Origin: an uncultured delta proteobacterium
Lineage (GTDB): Bacteria > Desulfobacterota > Desulfuromonadia > Geobacterales > DSM-12255
Assembly: GCA_963787125.1 (NCBI GenBank)
Contig: CAWBBV010000001.1
Location: 1-64,000 of the forward strand
Direction of reading: 5' to 3'
DNA length: 64,000 nt
In this document: in pieces, positions 27,619 through 39,300 of the stretch
Layout: every line of letters begins with the position of its first letter
Position numbering within the stretch: position 1 is the first letter of the stretch
The notes under the pieces: model-generated
What the model saw: only the letters and a program-made list of their open reading frames with translations
What the model was told of the DNA's origin: nothing
Database searches by the model: none
Made by a program: the position numbers and the translations under genes

Positions 27619-29249
27619 TTTGCAAGCCTTTCCAGGTTATCAGCGGCATCTCCGCAGGCATCGCCCAAAGGTGTATTCCGTCTGGCCAGTTTTTTCAGCA
27701 AAGGAATAGCGGTCTCATCACCCAGTTGACCCAGTGCAGCGGCGGCAGCAATTTTAAGTTCCTGCCAACGGATGGGAGCAAGCCACCCCTTGCTACCGAG
27801 GATGTCCAGCAGTGTGGCGGTAGCCTGATGGTCGCCGATTCTGCCTAAAGCAGCCAAGGCCTTTTTTTTCAGGCTGAGTTCCTTCAAAAACATGTCCGGA
27901 GCTGAGACTATATCAATAAACAGCCTGGCTGCAGCTTTGGAACGAATAACTCCCAGCGAGTAGATCGTCTGGCGGACCACATCCTCATCTTCGTCAGCAA
28001 TGAGTGATATCAGAGTATGTTCAGCGGCCTGAGGAGCGATTTTTAAAAACGACTTGATTACCTCTTTCCGTACCTTTGCTTCGGGATGGCGGGCCGTCAC
28101 CTGCAGGGCGTTGATCGCTTCTGCTGAGCCGATCTCGCCAAGAATGGTCACCATGTTCCTGACAACATGCCAACGTTCATCCTTAAGCATCGGAATGATC
28201 GCCGGGATGGCAGCTTCTCCGGCACGGGTAAGCGCTATGGCAATTGTTTTCTTCGCATGCAGGGATTCGGCAACGCAGAGCCTCTGAATGAGCGGGTATG
28301 CCAGAGCCTGACCGATGGCAGCACAGAGTCTGTCGAGCAGCGCAGCGTTTTCTGCAGAACGCTCCTCAATCCGGTCTAGCAGATAGGTTGTCATGGGACC
28401 GTTGATTATCTGCTCCATGGCGTAGCGGATAAACTCCTTTTGGGTGGCCGACCTGCCTTCTCTGGCATGCACCTCAAGAAGCGCCTCAAGTACCGACAAT
28501 AGTTCCTCAAAAGCTTCCTGGCGTTTAAGCTCTTCGGCTGAATCGATTACTTCCCTGGCCAGCTGCAGAAACTGAGTCTCCTTTTGCTCCTCCTTCAGCA
28601 TGCCGAGAACAATATCCATGCCAAGGAGTGAAAACCGGATGTCCATGGGGGGGGCAGCGGACTCCTCCTCAAGATTCTCCTCGCCTTCCTCATTCGGCTC
28701 ACCCTGAACAGCTTCGCCTGTGCCGGCTGGTGTAGCGGCAACGCCTTCTGCTTCACCTGCTTCTGCCTCTTGATGCACACTTTTAAGGAGTGATAAATCC
28801 ACTTCATTGGCACCGATAGAAGTGATGCCCGCCCGCAACATCTCTGCCTCTATACCACCGCCGTCATAAATGCTTGCAGCGTCGGCAGTAACAATAGCAA
28901 GAAACGCTTTAAGGTCCGTTATTGAAAGCTCGGGAAGGATGATGAGCCGTTGCAGCTTTCTTGTAAGCATTTCGCGGGCAAGCGCTTTGGCAGTCAGAGA
29001 TGTACTTCTTAACTGGTTCCTGTCAGCCACACTGCAGGCATCCCTCCCCCAGAGGAGGATGAGCTCTTTCCCCTTAATTAGCGGCGTTAGCTGTAGCACT
29101 GCAGCAGTGATACTTTCTTCTCGTAACGGATGGTCAGGCGGATATAAATTTATAGCTTTCAAAGCTTTTGCCAGAGCGCTCAAGGCGGCTTCAAGCAAAA
29201 CCTCTTCGCCATGATCCTTTATTCCCGGTAATGACTGGTCTGACTGCAA
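27615..29249 (-). CDS. HEAT repeat protein with N-terminal LYPxxHP domain
   Basis: LYPPDHP (cf. LYPPGNP in the HD-GYP neighbour); DERWHVVRN and further HEAT repeats. Confidence 0.8.
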   Translation of the reverse strand: MQSDQSLPGIKDHGEEVLLEAALSALAKALKAINLYPPDHPLREESITAAVLQLTPLIKGKELILLWGRDACSVADRNQLRSTSLTAKALAREMLTRKLQRLIILPELSITDLKAFLAIVTADAASIYDGGGIEAEMLRAGITSIGANEVDLSLLKSVHQEAEAGEAEGVAATPAGTGEAVQGEPNEEGEENLEEESAAPPMDIRFSLLGMDIVLGMLKEEQKETQFLQLAREVIDSAEELKRQEAFEELLSVLEALLEVHAREGRSATQKEFIRYAMEQIINGPMTTYLLDRIEERSAENAALLDRLCAAIGQALAYPLIQRLCVAESLHAKKTIAIALTRAGEAAIPAIIPMLKDERWHVVRNMVTILGEIGSAEAINALQVTARHPEAKVRKEVIKSFLKIAPQAAEHTLISLIADEDEDVVRQTIYSLGVIRSKAAARLFIDIVSAPDMFLKELSLKKKALAALGRIGDHQATATLLDILGSKGWLAPIRWQELKIAAAAALGQLGDETAIPLLKKLARRNTPLGDACGDAADNLERLAK

Positions 29250-29469
29250 TGTGATTGCTCCTGCGAGACTAACCCCAAGAAATCAGGATAAGTGCGTTAA
29301 CGAAATCATCCCCTGCCGGAAAAGCGGGGGTATAATTTCTAAATGACTAAAAAAACTATTTCCGTATCGTAACGGAATCAACCAAATTTGCAAGCATTAA
29401 CGGGTGTTTTGGTGTATATTGGCACCCCTTTGGATGGCGGCTGGAATTTGCCGGGAAGATGGGGGGATA

Positions 29470-30816
29470 ATGGCTAAAAACAAGACACTGTTCGCCTGCC
29501 AGAAGTGCGGCTGTCAAGCGCCAAAATGGCTGGGAAAATGCCCGGACTGCGGAGCCTGGAACTCCATGGTCGAAGAACCTGAGATTAAAAGCACAACTGC
29601 TTTTTCGGGTGAGGCTGCCAAACCGATAAAACTTTCCCTCGTGACACGCAACGCAGAACAACGACTTTCATGCGGCATTTCCGAATTTGACCGTGTTCTT
29701 GGCGGCGGGCTTGTCTCCGGATCCATGGTGCTTATTGGTGGTGACCCCGGCATCGGCAAATCTACTCTCCTCCTCCAGGCGTCGGCCCATCTTTCCAGAA
29801 GTGCCGGAGCGGTACTGTATGTTTCTGCAGAAGAGTCGACTGAGCAGATAAAGCTGCGCTCACTGCGAATGAAAGTGGTCGCGGATGAGCTCTACCTGCT
29901 TGCCGAAACCAATATCGAACGGATATCAGCCCACATCATCGCACTTAAACCGCGGGCAGTAATAATTGATTCCATTCAGACAGTATTTACCTCCGCACTC
30001 GAGTCGGCTCCCGGAAGTGTCAGCCAGGTAAGAGAATCTGCCGGACGCCTTATGATCCTTGCCAAAGGGAGCGGCGTGCCGATTTTTCTAGTCGGGCACG
30101 TAACCAAGGACGGTGCCCTTGCCGGGCCGAGAGTTCTTGAGCATCTGGTCGACACGGTGCTCTATTTCGAGGGGGATTCCGGTCACGCCCACAGGATCCT
30201 CCGTGCAGTCAAGAACCGCTTTGGGTCTACCAACGAAATCGGTGTATTTGAAATGAAAGAGTGCGGCCTGTGTGAAGTACGCAATCCGTCGGAACTGTTC
30301 CTTTCAGAAAGGCCGACAGGAGTTCCCGGGTCAGTCGTCGTTGCAGCGCTTGAAGGGACCAGGCCGCTGTTGGTAGAGCTCCAGGCACTGGTTTCTTCAA
30401 CCTCCTTCGGCAACCCACGGAGAACGACAATCGGTGTTGATCATAACCGTCTCGCTCTTCTGGTGGCAGTGCTGGAAAAAAAAGTCGGGCTTCATCTCAG
30501 TGGCCAGGATATCTTTCTTAATGCCGCCGGTGGCGTCAGACTGAACGAACCGGCAGCAGACCTTGGAATAATTGCTGTGGTTGCTTCAAGCCATCTTGAC
30601 AGGATTGTAGATCCGCAGACTATATTCCTTGGAGAAGTTGGCCTTTCAGGTGAAGTAAGAGCAGTCAGTCAGCCTGAGATAAGAGTCAAAGAGGCTTTGA
30701 AGCTGGGGTTCACTCGCTGTATTCTGCCGGCGGGAAACTTAAAGCAGGTCAAAGTTAAGGGCATAGAGCTTATCGGTGTAAAGAGTGTTGAAGAGGCACT
30801 CGATAAGGGGTTATGA
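29470..30816 (+). CDS. radA: DNA repair protein RadA/Sms
   Basis: CQKCG..WLGKCPDC, GDPGIGKS, KNRFG. Confidence 0.97.
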   Translation: MAKNKTLFACQKCGCQAPKWLGKCPDCGAWNSMVEEPEIKSTTAFSGEAAKPIKLSLVTRNAEQRLSCGISEFDRVLGGGLVSGSMVLIGGDPGIGKSTLLLQASAHLSRSAGAVLYVSAEESTEQIKLRSLRMKVVADELYLLAETNIERISAHIIALKPRAVIIDSIQTVFTSALESAPGSVSQVRESAGRLMILAKGSGVPIFLVGHVTKDGALAGPRVLEHLVDTVLYFEGDSGHAHRILRAVKNRFGSTNEIGVFEMKECGLCEVRNPSELFLSERPTGVPGSVVVAALEGTRPLLVELQALVSSTSFGNPRRTTIGVDHNRLALLVAVLEKKVGLHLSGQDIFLNAAGGVRLNEPAADLGIIAVVASSHLDRIVDPQTIFLGEVGLSGEVRAVSQPEIRVKEALKLGFTRCILPAGNLKQVKVKGIELIGVKSVEEALDKGL

Positions 30817-30893
30817 AGCAGAGCCGTAAAATGTCTTTACTTACTGCCAAAAATATTTTCTAATATGGGCTTACATTCAGGAGGCACGTTGTT

Positions 30894-31250
30894 ATGAATC
30901 AGGATAAAATTGAGTACTTCAGGCAGGTTCTTCACGACGAGATGCGAACGCTGCTGGGCGAGGCGGGAAAGACTGTCTCGGAGATGACGGCCGAGAACGT
31001 CAACTTTCCCGACCCAACGGATCGCGCTACTCAAGAATCAGACAGAAACTTCGAGCTTAGAATCCGTGATCGCGAACGCAAACTGATCAATAAGATCAAG
31101 GAGGCTCTTGAGCGTATCGACGCCGGAGAGTTTGGCGTTTGTGAACTCTGCGGTGAAGGTATCAGTGAAGGTCGCCTTAAGGCCAGGCCGGTAACAACGC
31201 TCTGTATTGACTGTAAAATTGAGGAAGAGCGAAAGGAAAAAATTCCCTGA
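30894..31250 (+). CDS. dksA: RNA polymerase-binding protein DksA
   Basis: PDPTDRA, RDRERKLI, CELCG..CIDC. Confidence 0.95.
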   Translation: MNQDKIEYFRQVLHDEMRTLLGEAGKTVSEMTAENVNFPDPTDRATQESDRNFELRIRDRERKLINKIKEALERIDAGEFGVCELCGEGISEGRLKARPVTTLCIDCKIEEERKEKIP

Positions 31251-31308
31251 GTCACGCCATGACACTACCTCTGCCCAAAGGAGTAGGATCGCGTAACCAT
31301 CATCGATC

Positions 31309-31337
31309 ACAGAGGCAGAATCCTCTGCCTCTGTTTT
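31309..31337 (+). terminator. Rho-independent terminator after dksA
   Basis: acagaggcaga/tctgcctctgt stem plus tttt. Confidence 0.75.
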
Positions 31338-31425
31338 ACCCCACCAGCATAACGGCACACTCACTCTTCCCTCTTCAGGTTAAATCAACGTTCGCCATTA
31401 CTCACACTACAGGAGCTGTTAGCCC

Positions 31426-33384
31426 ATGAGCGTACTTGCTGAACTGATTCGTTGCGGTGAAACCGCTTTAGTCAGCAGGATTCTTCACTACGCAGAAAAG
31501 ATGGGCTATTCAAAATTTACTCCGACAGACGAAACGGTCTGGAGACTGGCGGTACGCGGTTTCTCAGATGGCCTGCTCGCCGTGCTGGCCAAGTCTGTGG
31601 ATATCCCTGAAATCTCCATGGATCTTGATCTCGTTAATGACAAAATTACCGCTTTTGGTGTTACTCAGGCAAAGAAGCATCGCTCCAGGGGAGTCACTCT
31701 TGTGATGTTTCTTGGACTGATGAAATATGTCCGGCAGAGTTATCATGATCTCATTGACGACTCTGCTTTCGCCAGAATGGAAGCCAGATGGGCGCATACT
31801 TTTGTTGAACGGTATTTTGACCGAATCGAACTTGGTTTCATAGCAGAATGGGAGCGGAGTGCAGCTGATCTGAAGACACATCATGAAAAATTGTTGTTGA
31901 ACAGAAATACCGCCCTTTCAGAAGCAAATGCTCAGCTTAAAATGGAAATAGTCGAGAAGAAGCGTGCGGAACAGCAGATAAAAAAGTTAAACGACGAACT
32001 TGAAAGAAGGGTGACAACCAGAACTCTTCAACTGCAGAGCATTAATGAACAGGACAATTACAAGCTCAAAGAGCTGCTCATTCTTAATCGAATAAGTAGT
32101 CTCAACCTCTCAAACATCAGGCTTAATCGCCTTACCTGCATCATCCTGACTGCTCTGACCTCAAACGCACCGTTATTTTTCGATAGAGCAATGCTCTTCC
32201 TTCTGAATGAAAGAACCCAGATACTCCAGGGGATGCTGGGAGTCATGCGCAAAGATACTCTCTCCGGATCTAGCAACTACGCATCAGATCGAAATTTTCA
32301 CAGCCTGGGTGAAGAGGTCATTGCTGAAACGGATTCTCCGCTTAACATGCAACTCCGGACCTGCAGAATTGAGCTAACGAAGGGTCGAGGCATCTTTTAC
32401 CGTGTTGTTAACGAGAAGAAAGTCTTCATCTGTAAATCCCTGCAAGGCAACCAGCAGCAACCGCCGGAGATATTTCAGCAGCTGGATATCGGCTTGGCTG
32501 CCGTTATGCCGCTGATGGGGAAGAATGGTATCTTTGGTGTCGTAGTTGTTGACAACCCCCTTTCTTTAAAAAATATCAGTAAAAATGACCTTAAATTCCT
32601 GCAACTCTTTTCGAATCATGCCAGTATTGTGATTGAAAATCTCATGTTATACACCTCGCTCGAAGAGGCTCACAGGGAGTTGCAGGAAGCACAGGAACAG
32701 CTTGTACATGGTGAGCGCCTTGCCACAATTGGCGAGATGGCTGCAAGTATCGCCCACGAACTCAAAGGCCCCATGGTCGCTATAGGTGGTTTTGCCAGAA
32801 GGCTTGCCAAAAAAATTCCACCAGACTCAGCCGAAGCCGGGTATGTCGCAACTATTATTGAGGAAGAACTGCGCCTGGAAGGGATGATTGATGAAGTGCT
32901 TTCTTTCTCTAAAAAGACAACTATTTGCTATGAAAAAAGCTCCATTACCGAAATTGTTGAAGGTTCCCTGGCAATTTTAAGCCATATTTTCGAAAAGAAT
33001 TGTGTCACTCTTTTAAAATCGTTCCCCCGGAACGAGATTATGCTTTACGCAGACTGCCAGCAACTGAAACAGGTTTTCATCAATCTTGTCCATAATGCCC
33101 TTGATGTCATGCGGGCCGGTGGAGTGTTACGTGTGGCGATAACCCCGGCCAAAATCGGCAAAGAGCGGGCCGTTGCCGTACGAATTTCCGACACGGGGGG
33201 CGGTATTCCGGAATCTCTCCGCAACAACATCTTTACGCCGTTTTTCACCACTAAAAGCAGCGGCACCGGCCTCGGCCTACCGATTGCGAACAGAATCGTC
33301 GTAAATCATAACGGCAAGTTAAAAGTCAAAAACAATTCGGCAGGAGGGGCGGAGTTTACGGTTTTACTCCCATGCCAGGATTAG
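31426..33384 (+). CDS. GAF sensor histidine kinase with helical (RsbRD-N/globin-like) N-terminus
   Basis: IAHELKGP H-box; NLVHNA, DTGGG, PFFTTK, GTGLGL; GAF motif GVVVVDNP. Confidence 0.88.
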   Translation: MSVLAELIRCGETALVSRILHYAEKMGYSKFTPTDETVWRLAVRGFSDGLLAVLAKSVDIPEISMDLDLVNDKITAFGVTQAKKHRSRGVTLVMFLGLMKYVRQSYHDLIDDSAFARMEARWAHTFVERYFDRIELGFIAEWERSAADLKTHHEKLLLNRNTALSEANAQLKMEIVEKKRAEQQIKKLNDELERRVTTRTLQLQSINEQDNYKLKELLILNRISSLNLSNIRLNRLTCIILTALTSNAPLFFDRAMLFLLNERTQILQGMLGVMRKDTLSGSSNYASDRNFHSLGEEVIAETDSPLNMQLRTCRIELTKGRGIFYRVVNEKKVFICKSLQGNQQQPPEIFQQLDIGLAAVMPLMGKNGIFGVVVVDNPLSLKNISKNDLKFLQLFSNHASIVIENLMLYTSLEEAHRELQEAQEQLVHGERLATIGEMAASIAHELKGPMVAIGGFARRLAKKIPPDSAEAGYVATIIEEELRLEGMIDEVLSFSKKTTICYEKSSITEIVEGSLAILSHIFEKNCVTLLKSFPRNEIMLYADCQQLKQVFINLVHNALDVMRAGGVLRVAITPAKIGKERAVAVRISDTGGGIPESLRNNIFTPFFTTKSSGTGLGLPIANRIVVNHNGKLKVKNNSAGGAEFTVLLPCQD

Positions 33385-33417
33385 CCCGCGAATGAATTGA
33401 GGATATTTTGATCCCGC

Positions 33418-34782
33418 TCACACCCCGCCGCTATGCAGATCCCGCTTATGATACCGCCAGCCAAAGGCCGCCGCACGGACCCACCAGTCGATAACAAACA
33501 CTCCCCAGACTGCATACAATGACATCTGGAGCAGGTCCGCGACCATCCACGCCAGCAGCACTCTCACCCCCCACATAGTCAAAAGAGTAGTGAGAAAAAC
33601 GTAGAAAGTATCGCCGGTGCCACGCAGGCTCCCGGCGTAGACAAAAGAGAGCGCCAGGGGTATCTGGGCCAGGGCGACCAGTCGTAGGAAAACAGTCCCT
33701 TCCCTGATAACGTCGAGGTCAGGGGTAAAAAGGGCCAGCAGCGGTGCCGGAATGAGCACGAAAACAGCTGCCATCCCCCCCATAACGAGCAGCGCCAGCC
33801 GCATCGCTTCACTATGCCCCGCCCTTGCCTGCCGGTATTTGCGGGCGCCTAGTGACTGCCCCATGAGGGTTGCCGCCGCTATTCCCATCCCGGCGCCCGG
33901 CATGAAAGAGAGCGATTCAATGGAGAGGCCGACCTGATGAGCGGCGTAAGCAACTGTGCCGTAACCGAGAATTATTTTTGAATAGATAATCTGGCCGGAT
34001 TGCTGCGCCACTCTTTCAAGGGCAACCGGATAACCGACTCGCCAGATTCGCCGCCAGAGAAGATAATCAGGTTTGCCGAATTTTATTGTCCGAAGCTGCA
34101 GTGTGCGCAAAAGCAGATAGAAAAACCCGATTGCTTCTGAGATGTTGATTGCATAAGCAGCACCGATAACGCCAAGACGGGGAAAGCCGAGTTTGCCGTA
34201 GATCAGCGGCCAGGCAATGACTATATGGAGGATATTGACGAGGATGATTGCGGTCATCGGGGCTTTCGTTTCGCCTCTGCCGTGCATGATCGCTGAGAGA
34301 ATATTCAGGCCGGCGGTAAAGCCGAAATAGAGAAAAACGAGCCTGATGTACTGGTCGGCGTAAGTCATCACATCGCCGCCGGCGCCGAGGTAGTGGACGA
34401 CACTGCTGCCAAAGCCTGTGCCGCAGAGGGTTGCGAAATAAATCATGCCTGCACAGGCAATGACCGCCACAAAAGCTGCCTTGCGGGTGTCCTCTACCCT
34501 GCCTGCCCCCCATAAATGGGCGATAACAACGGTTGTACCGGTTGCCAGCCCCCAGAATACGGTCATTGCCACGAAGATGAGGAACTGACCCAGACCGACC
34601 GCGGCAATGGCCGCGGCGCCCAGACCGCCAACCATAAAAATATCAACTATGGAGACCAGCCGCTGGAACAGAGCTGATAATAGCACCGGCAGGGAGAGGT
34701 TGACCACCCGGCGACGGATGGAAACCCGCTTCGCCGGATTATCAAGGAGGGCATGCTGTAGGGTTGTAAATATATTTTTCAA
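33418..34782 (-). CDS. MATE family efflux transporter
   Basis: VDIFMVG.LG..AIAAVG; LRGTGDT; about 12 TM segments. Confidence 0.92.
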   Translation of the reverse strand: MKNIFTTLQHALLDNPAKRVSIRRRVVNLSLPVLLSALFQRLVSIVDIFMVGGLGAAAIAAVGLGQFLIFVAMTVFWGLATGTTVVIAHLWGAGRVEDTRKAAFVAVIACAGMIYFATLCGTGFGSSVVHYLGAGGDVMTYADQYIRLVFLYFGFTAGLNILSAIMHGRGETKAPMTAIILVNILHIVIAWPLIYGKLGFPRLGVIGAAYAINISEAIGFFYLLLRTLQLRTIKFGKPDYLLWRRIWRVGYPVALERVAQQSGQIIYSKIILGYGTVAYAAHQVGLSIESLSFMPGAGMGIAAATLMGQSLGARKYRQARAGHSEAMRLALLVMGGMAAVFVLIPAPLLALFTPDLDVIREGTVFLRLVALAQIPLALSFVYAGSLRGTGDTFYVFLTTLLTMWGVRVLLAWMVADLLQMSLYAVWGVFVIDWWVRAAAFGWRYHKRDLHSGGV

Positions 34783-34810
34783 GGGGTACGGCTACTTTCT
34801 TACGTGGCAG

Positions 34811-35062
34811 TTAAATTCCAAGCTCTTCCGACATGCCCAATACAAAGTTTTTCGCCCGGCCTGATGGGGCGATAATCCCATAGGCAAGCGCCTCTTTCAG
34901 CTCTGCTTCAGTTGCACCGGCCTCCTTCGCGCCCGCGAAGTGCTTCTTCAGTCAGGCAGGGCAGCCGACTGCCACCGCGCAGCCGACCCTGATAAGCTCT
35001 CTCGTCCGGGCGTCCAGAACCTCTTCGTACTCGAAATCAAGAATCTTCTTGCGGATTTTCAT
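34811..35062 (-). CDS. Selenoprotein, AhpD/carboxymuconolactone-decarboxylase-like, CxxU motif (83 aa; TGA at 34952-34954 read as Sec)
   Basis: ...ELIRVGCAVAVGCPA-U-LKKHFAGAKEAGATEAELKEALAYG...; AhpD-like frame continues past the TGA; SECIS-like hairpin follows. Confidence 0.85.
34925..34940 (-). promoter_or_regulatory. Bacterial SECIS element
   Basis: cttcgc-gggc-gcgaag stem-loop with G-rich loop starting 11 nt after the in-frame UGA. Confidence 0.75.
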
Positions 35063-35192
35063 GACTCCCCCTTTTAAGCGTGAAAAGTTGACAGCTTTTG
35101 TGCAATCTACTACAGGCGTGTGTGAAATGGAATGTTTTAGGCTCATGACAAACGGCAGGGGTGCATGCTATATATAATCCCGGAGAGCTACC

Positions 35193-35678
35193 ATGAAAGA
35201 TGACAACTATTGGATGGGGCGAGCCCTGCGCCTGGCTCGCAGGGCAGAAGCGCTTGGTGAGGTACCGATAGGGGCGCTGCTTGTTAAAGATAACACGGTC
35301 ATCGGCAAAGGCTTCAATCAGCGAGAGGGTAAAAATGACCCCTCTGCCCATGCAGAAATGATCGCCATCCGCCAGGCGTCACGCAAGCTTAAAGCCTGGC
35401 GGCTCACCGGCACGACTCTCTATGTAACCCTTGAGCCCTGTCCCATGTGCATGGGCGCACTGCTTCTTGCCAGAGTTGAGCGGGTGGTCTTCGGCTGCCT
35501 TGACCCCAAAGGTGGCGCTGCCGGCTCGCTGTACAATCTGGCCGCGGACAACCGTTTCAACCATCGGGTTGAGCTCACAACCGGGGTCAGAGAGGCCGAG
35601 TGCTCCGCAATACTGACCCTGTTTTTCCGGAATTTACGCCGGGAGAAAAAACTGTTGCGTGAGTCAACTCCAGGCTAA
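35193..35678 (+). CDS. tadA: tRNA adenosine(34) deaminase
   Basis: GEVPIGA, AHAEM, TLEPCPMC. Confidence 0.95.
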   Translation: MKDDNYWMGRALRLARRAEALGEVPIGALLVKDNTVIGKGFNQREGKNDPSAHAEMIAIRQASRKLKAWRLTGTTLYVTLEPCPMCMGALLLARVERVVFGCLDPKGGAAGSLYNLAADNRFNHRVELTTGVREAECSAILTLFFRNLRREKKLLRESTPG

Positions 35679-35704
35679 AACAACATTTATCTTATCCTCC
35701 GCTC

Positions 35705-36136
35705 CTACCCCCGCCGGTAAGCGGCCATCGGCCAGAAGGGGATGCCGCCGCGGGGGGTGAATTCACCCTTGACAGTCATGCTGACAGGCTTGAGAAGCCT
35801 GACCAGATCGTTACAGATCCGGTTCACTCCGGCCTCGTGAAACTCACCGAACATCCGGAACGATCCCAGGTAAAGTTTGAGACTCTTGCTTTCGACACAG
35901 AGTTCATCAGGTTGATAATCGATGATGATTGTGCCGAAATCCGGCTGTCCAGTCATCGGGCAGAGGCAGGTGAATTCAGGGCATTCGATATGGATTGTGC
36001 CGACAGCCCCGCAGGGGTTGCGCTCCGGCATGGCAAACGGGCTGGGGAATGCTTCCAGGAGCGCGGCATCCGGCTTGTCGTATGAGTAGCAGGTCTTTTT
36101 CTCACCCAAAGACTTAAGGTTTTCGTGCAATTCCAT
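35705..36136 (-). CDS. queF: NADPH-dependent preQ0 reductase QueF (type I)
   Basis: PEFTCLCPMTGQPDF, VESKSLKLYL, FHE, PRGGI. Confidence 0.95.
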   Translation of the reverse strand: MELHENLKSLGEKKTCYSYDKPDAALLEAFPSPFAMPERNPCGAVGTIHIECPEFTCLCPMTGQPDFGTIIIDYQPDELCVESKSLKLYLGSFRMFGEFHEAGVNRICNDLVRLLKPVSMTVKGEFTPRGGIPFWPMAAYRRG

Positions 36137-36160
36137 CTCCTCTCCTTTTCCAGCAGTAAA

Positions 36161-36355
36161 TCAATGGCTGTTGAGCCGTTCAAGCATACTCTCGTAATCT
36201 GCCAGCTTTTGCGCCAGTTTACCTAGTTCTGCCGGTGTATAAACAGGCGCACCTTTTGCCAGTTCGCATTTGAGCTCAGTAATAATATCGTGAATATCGG
36301 GTTGCCAGGCAGCAGAGCGCTCCTGACCAAGCAGGCGCAGGTTTTTACCGGTCAT
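36161..36355 (-). CDS. Small hypothetical protein (64 aa)
   Basis: ORF coupled between glnE and queF; helical ELAKG..VYTPAEL..L..KLADYE pattern. Confidence 0.6.
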   Translation of the reverse strand: MTGKNLRLLGQERSAAWQPDIHDIITELKCELAKGAPVYTPAELGKLAQKLADYESMLERLNSH

Positions 36356-39300
36356 CTGCTGCGTTTCCCAGAATTCGCTCATAGACCCCGCGGATCCCTT
36401 CGGTAATCTCTTCATACTCCTTCATCAGAGTTTCACCAGGGTGGCGGAGCTTTGGGTCGTAGCCGAGGCGCCTCGCCAGCATATCAAGGAGCTCTTTAGC
36501 ACCACCAAGATCGTTGATTGAATTGTCATGAACAATCCTGAGCCTGTTTTCCAGCCTGCGGAGGAACTTGTAGCCGGTCAGAAGAGTATCGCAGTCGTTT
36601 TCGCCCATTATTCCGGCAGTCTGGATCGATTTGAGTGCTGTCAGGGTATTTTTGCTCCTGATCTCCGGCATGGAATGGCCATGCTTCAGCAGCAGATACT
36701 GGACAATGAATTCGACATCCACCATCCCGCCGCGACCGGTTTTTATATTGTAACTGCCGGCGCTTTCCCGGGCAATCTCGTTCTCCATTCTCATTCTGAG
36801 ACGATGGATTTCTGATTTGACGGCGTCATCAGCACTGAAACCGTAGACCGTGTGGCGGATAATCTCCTCAATGCCTTCTTTCAGAGTGTCTCCCCCCAGC
36901 ACGACTCTTGACTTTGTCAGCGCCTGCCTTTCCCAGACCTGGGCTTCGTCCCGGTGATAAGCTTTGAAAGAATCAAGGGAGGTCACCAGCGGACCGGCAT
37001 TGCCCGATGGCCGCAGCCGGGTGTCGAGCTTGTAGACGTAACCTTCACGGGTCTGGGTGGTCAGTATCATGATAATCTTCTGCCCTAGCTTGGCAAAGTA
37101 TTCATGATTGCTTATCTGTTTAACGCCATCGGTAAATCCCTTGTGGTCGTAGATGTAGATGATGTCCAGGTCAGAATGATAATTGAGCTCCATCCCCCCC
37201 ATTTTTCCCATGCCGATAACAGCAAAATCAGCTTCGTGCTCATTTCCGGCGGAATCCACGTAAAGCGGCCGACCGAATCTGGACAGCTCCTGCCTGGCAA
37301 TCGCACAGGCAGCATTCAGACAGGCAGTTGCCAGAGTCGTCAGCTGTGTGGCAATTTCTGTCTGGCCGAGCTTGCCATAAATATCATTCATCCCGATGCG
37401 GAGGAACTCTTCATGGCGATAGCGGCGCAGCACATCAAGCCGCTCCTCGAAATTGCCGGCCAGGTGCAGCATCAGGCCAAGCTCCTCCGCCATCACCTTA
37501 TACTCTTTGTAGGAAGAGGCGAGGGTTCTGGCTACCATGCTGTCAAGCAGCTCCGGATGGCCGATGAAGATTTTTGAGAGGAATTCCGACATGCCGAATA
37601 GCGAAACGATCAGCTTCAACACTTCGCGATTTTCGGCCAGAAGAGCATAAAAGGTTGAGCGGGAACCAACCGCGCAGAGAAACCGTTCCAGGTTGGTCAT
37701 GGCCATGTCAGGATCCGGAGAAGCGAAAATCTCCTGCAACAGAGGCGGGCCGATCTTTTCGAGGATTCTGTAGGCGCGTTCGGTAAGGTGAGCCCGCGGC
37801 GGCCCGTCACGCAGCAGTAGCAGATGCTCGTAAGCGCTGTCAACATTGCAGAAACGCCGCTCCGCCAGCATATCCTTGAGGATGTCCGGGTCGGCATTGC
37901 GGTCAAAGAAGTGATAGATTTCAGGGAGGACATCTTCCTTGAGCTTCTTATCCCTGGAGAGAAACAGGTTGCCATAAATAGAGGAAACATTAACCCTGTG
38001 CTGTTCAAGCTCGGTCCTGAAACGCTCGGCGCCGTCCGGTGAGAGGTAGCCGCACCTTCTGGCCAACGCAAGATACTCTTCGTCTTTTTTCGGCAGATTG
38101 TGGGTCTGGCGCTCCTGAACTACCTGAATCCGGTGTTCGACCGTGCGGAGAAACCGGTAGGCATTTGATAGCAGCTGACAATCTTCTGCACTTATGAGCT
38201 GAGCCTCCTGCAGTATCCGGAGCGATTTGAGTGAGTTTTTTTCACGCAGCTTCGGATTTTTGCCGGCATAAACCAGTTGCAGCGCCTGGATGAAAAATTC
38301 TATCTCGCGGATGCCGCCCCGGCCAAGCTTGATATTGTACTCGCCCTCAAGCTCCCGGGCCAGCGACGCATCAATCTTCTTTTTCATGGCCATCATGTCT
38401 TCGATCAGATTGTAGTCGAGATATTTGCGGTGAATAAACGGGTCGAGCCTTTTCAGCAGATCTTCTCCCAAAGAGATCGAGCCCGCAACAGCCCTGGCTT
38501 TGAGCATGGCTGATCTTTCCCAGGACTGCCCCCAAAGTTCGTAATAGACCTCTGCAGAGCGCAGGGACAGAGCTACATCACCACCCTTGCCTTCCGGTCT
38601 TAACCCCAGGTCAACCCGAAAGACAAAGCCATCCTCGGTAACCTGTGACATCGCCTTGGTGATCATCTCGGCCTGTTTAACAAAAAAAGTGTGCAGCGAG
38701 ATTTTCCCTTTAACACCATTCTCGCCATCAGAAACTCCGCTCGTCTCCCCCAGATCGCCGGTGTAGAAATAAATGAGGTCAATGTCGGAAGAGAAGTTCA
38801 GCTCGCGGCCACCAAATTTGCCCATAGCGAAGATAGTCAAGTCAGCTTCGCTACCGCACTCCGTCAGGCGTGGAATACCGTGCTCAAGAATTAGTGTCTT
38901 GCGGGTGATTTCGCAGGCGACCTGCAGCGCAGCTGCCGCCAGAGCGGATAGTTCGGCGGTAACCTCTTCAAGGGGAGCAAGCCCGCCCAGATCTCGGGCT
39001 GCAATCCGGAGCATTTCGCGGTATTTAAAGCAGCGCAGCTGTTGAAAAAGTTCGGTGAAGCCGATATCAGACGGCAGTTGCGCCCGCAGAGCAGTTATCA
39101 TCCCTGCTTCGCTACGGACAAGATCTATTTCGTTCCCAATAAAAAGATTGGTAAAGGCAGCCGGATCTCGGCAGATAATGTTTGTGAGGAAGGGGGATGA
39201 GCCAAGCAGATTGAGGAGCTGCGCCAACCTCAGCGGTTGATTATAGATCGTATGCAGCTGCTCTGCGGGAACAACGGAAGAGATTCTCTCCAGATTGTTT

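Noticed and set aside
34952..35146. Truncated or pseudogene reading of the 64-aa ORF
   Set aside because: It is better explained as UGA-Sec recoding, given the CxxU motif, the continued frame and the SECIS-like hairpin.
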